Shown piece by piece: positions 62,292 through 64,000 of a stretch of DNA of 64,000 nt (positions are counted from its first letter, which is position 1; each line of letters starts with the position of its first letter). Below the pieces are notes generated by a model. That model worked only from the letters and a program-made list of their open reading frames with translations. It did not search any database and was not told the origin of the DNA. A program made the position numbers and the translations under genes. Source of the DNA: Candidatus Multivorans sp. (GTDB lineage: Bacteria; Acidobacteriota; Thermoanaerobaculia; Multivoradales; Multivoraceae); NCBI GenBank assembly GCA_965247095.1, contig OZ251997.1, forward strand, positions 1,792,001 through 1,856,000. The letters are read 5' to 3'.

Positions 62292-63574
62292 TGCCGACCC
62301 GGCGCCCTCTCGGCATCGGTTTCGTCGGCAGCGGCTTCATCACCCGCTTCCATATCCGTTCCTGGACGGCGGTCCGGGGCGCGGACATCCGGGGCGTCTG
62401 GAGTCCCAACCGGACCAGCGCCGAGTCCGCGGCAGCACTGGCGAACGACCTCGACGTCGGCGACGCCAGGGCCTACGAGTCCATCGCGGCGATGGTTGAG
62501 GACGATGGCGTGGACGCGATCTGGATCTGCGGCCGCAACGACCACCGCGTCGCGAACATGGAGGAGATCGCGGACGCCGTGCGCACCGGCCGTGGCCGTC
62601 TGGTCGGCGTCGCGTGCGAGAAGCCGCTCGCGCGCAACGCCGCCGAAGCGCTGCGAATGGTCGAGCTCGCGCGTGAGATCGAGGTTCTGGACGGCTACCT
62701 CGAGAACCAGGTCTTCAGCCCCGCCGTGGTGCGCGGCCGCGAACTCGCCTGGGAACGCGGCGCCCGAGCCGCCGGCAGGCCCTACCTGGCCCGCGCAGCC
62801 GAGGAGCACTCCGGCCCGCACAACGCGTGGTTCTGGCGCGGCGACCTGCAGGGCGGCGGTGTGCTGAACGACATGATGTGCCACTCGGTCGAGGCGGCGC
62901 AGTTCCTGCTCACCGACCCGGACAAACCGCGCAGCAGCCTGACGCCGAAACGGGTCAACGCCCAGATCCACTGCCTGAAGTGGCAGCGCCCCGAGTACGC
63001 GGCGCGCCTGCGCCAGCAGTACGGCGACACGGTCGACTACGCGCGCCGGCCGGCGGAAGACTTCGCGCGCGCCATGGTCGAGTACGAGGACGAAGCCGGC
63101 ACGCCCCTGGTGGTCGAGGCAACGACCTCGTGGAGCTATGTGGGCGCCGGTTTGCGACTGACCATGGAACTGCTGGGCCCCGAGTACTCAATGCGGGCCA
63201 ACAGTCTCGACACGGACCTCGAGCTCTTCTTCAGCCGCGATCTCCGCGGCCGTCGCGGCGACCGTCTCGCCGCTGTTGAACAGCGCACCGGAGAGGATCT
63301 GGTCGAGAAACAGAACGCGGAGATGGGACTGATGCCGGTCCTCCCGAACGAGCCCGTGGCCTACGGCTACGACGCCGAGAACCGGCACATGGTCGAGAGC
63401 TTCCGCCGGGGCAAGCGACCCAGGGAGACCTTCGAGGACGGTCTGGAGGTCACCCGCCTGTTGATGGCCGCCTACATGAGCGCCGAGTTGGGCCGGACCG
63501 TCGACTACCCGCCCGAAGGTCTCGACGAGTTCGTGCCCGCGGTCGCCCGCGGCGAGTGGAACCCCGCCCGCTGA
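62291..63574 (+). CDS. Gfo/Idh/MocA oxidoreductase
   Basis: GSGFI, CEKP, GGGVLNDMMCH. Confidence 0.93.
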   Translation: MPTRRPLGIGFVGSGFITRFHIRSWTAVRGADIRGVWSPNRTSAESAAALANDLDVGDARAYESIAAMVEDDGVDAIWICGRNDHRVANMEEIADAVRTGRGRLVGVACEKPLARNAAEALRMVELAREIEVLDGYLENQVFSPAVVRGRELAWERGARAAGRPYLARAAEEHSGPHNAWFWRGDLQGGGVLNDMMCHSVEAAQFLLTDPDKPRSSLTPKRVNAQIHCLKWQRPEYAARLRQQYGDTVDYARRPAEDFARAMVEYEDEAGTPLVVEATTSWSYVGAGLRLTMELLGPEYSMRANSLDTDLELFFSRDLRGRRGDRLAAVEQRTGEDLVEKQNAEMGLMPVLPNEPVAYGYDAENRHMVESFRRGKRPRETFEDGLEVTRLLMAAYMSAELGRTVDYPPEGLDEFVPAVARGEWNPAR

Positions 63575-63590
63575 ACCCGGCGCGGGTCCG

Positions 63591-64000
63591 CTACTCGTCT
63601 ACCTCGTAGTAGTCCACGAAGCCGATCATCATCTCGTCCGTGGTCTCCCGGCCCCAGGACACGTCGCGGGTCGGATCCGGGTTGTTGGGATTGCCGCTGC
63701 CGTTGTCGTAGGTGGCCACACACAGCAGTTTCGTACCCGCGGGCATCGGCTTCGGCTCGACCAGGCGGTAGGTCGTCTGCCAGTTGAAGTCGTAGCCATC
63801 CACCCGCAACAGGATCTCGGCGCCGCCGTCCGGATACTCGGCCCGAAACTCGAACGTGTCACCGCGCAGGTGCATGTGCGGCCGCAGCGACAGCAGGCGG
63901 CTCTCACGCGGGAACACGAGTTCGGCCTCGAAGCGAACATCGCTCTCCCCGGCCGGAATCCACAGGAACGGAGTCGAGCACAGGGCCGTGCGCGACTCGT
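63591..64000 (-). CDS. Copper type II monooxygenase-like C-terminal domain protein (5'-partial)
   Basis: PHMHLRG, YDFNWQ, NP.NPDP, DEM; frame runs off the window end. Confidence 0.8.
   Translation of the reverse strand, partial: ESRTALCSTPFLWIPAGESDVRFEAELVFPRESRLLSLRPHMHLRGDTFEFRAEYPDGGAEILLRVDGYDFNWQTTYRLVEPKPMPAGTKLLCVATYDNGSGNPNNPDPTRDVSWGRETTDEMMIGFVDYYEVDE

Noticed and set aside
1-64000. tRNA, rRNA or prophage genes
   Set aside because: No cloverleaf, rRNA-like or phage structural signatures were recognised by eye.

Overview
High-GC bacterial chromosomal window; the gene content suggests Acidobacteria or a similar lineage, which is an inference. Housekeeping and metabolic genes (glpF-glpK, ppk1, TrmJ-type methylase, nth, two helicases, selD fusion, a stand-alone rpsD) surround two decaying accessory/defence islands. 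Island 1 (~21.1-24.4 kb) has a Fic-HTH gene bracketed by two related 103-bp imperfect palindromes, an internally deleted MmeI-type restriction-modification gene, and a Panacea-like gene coupled to a truncated DUF2335 gene. Island 2 (~37.8-53.1 kb) has two toxin-antitoxin loci and a WYL-associated type I-G CRISPR-Cas operon. Its cas3 is split by an IS630 element, and its cas4-cas1 fusion is truncated by an IS3 element; no cas2 or CRISPR array is visible. An IS1634-family element and an uncharacterised envelope operon (two alkaline-phosphatase-superfamily paralogs, an EMC3/DUF106-like membrane protein, a GT2 enzyme and a divergent sulfotransferase) lie between the islands. All family calls come from motif recognition by eye, not database searches.
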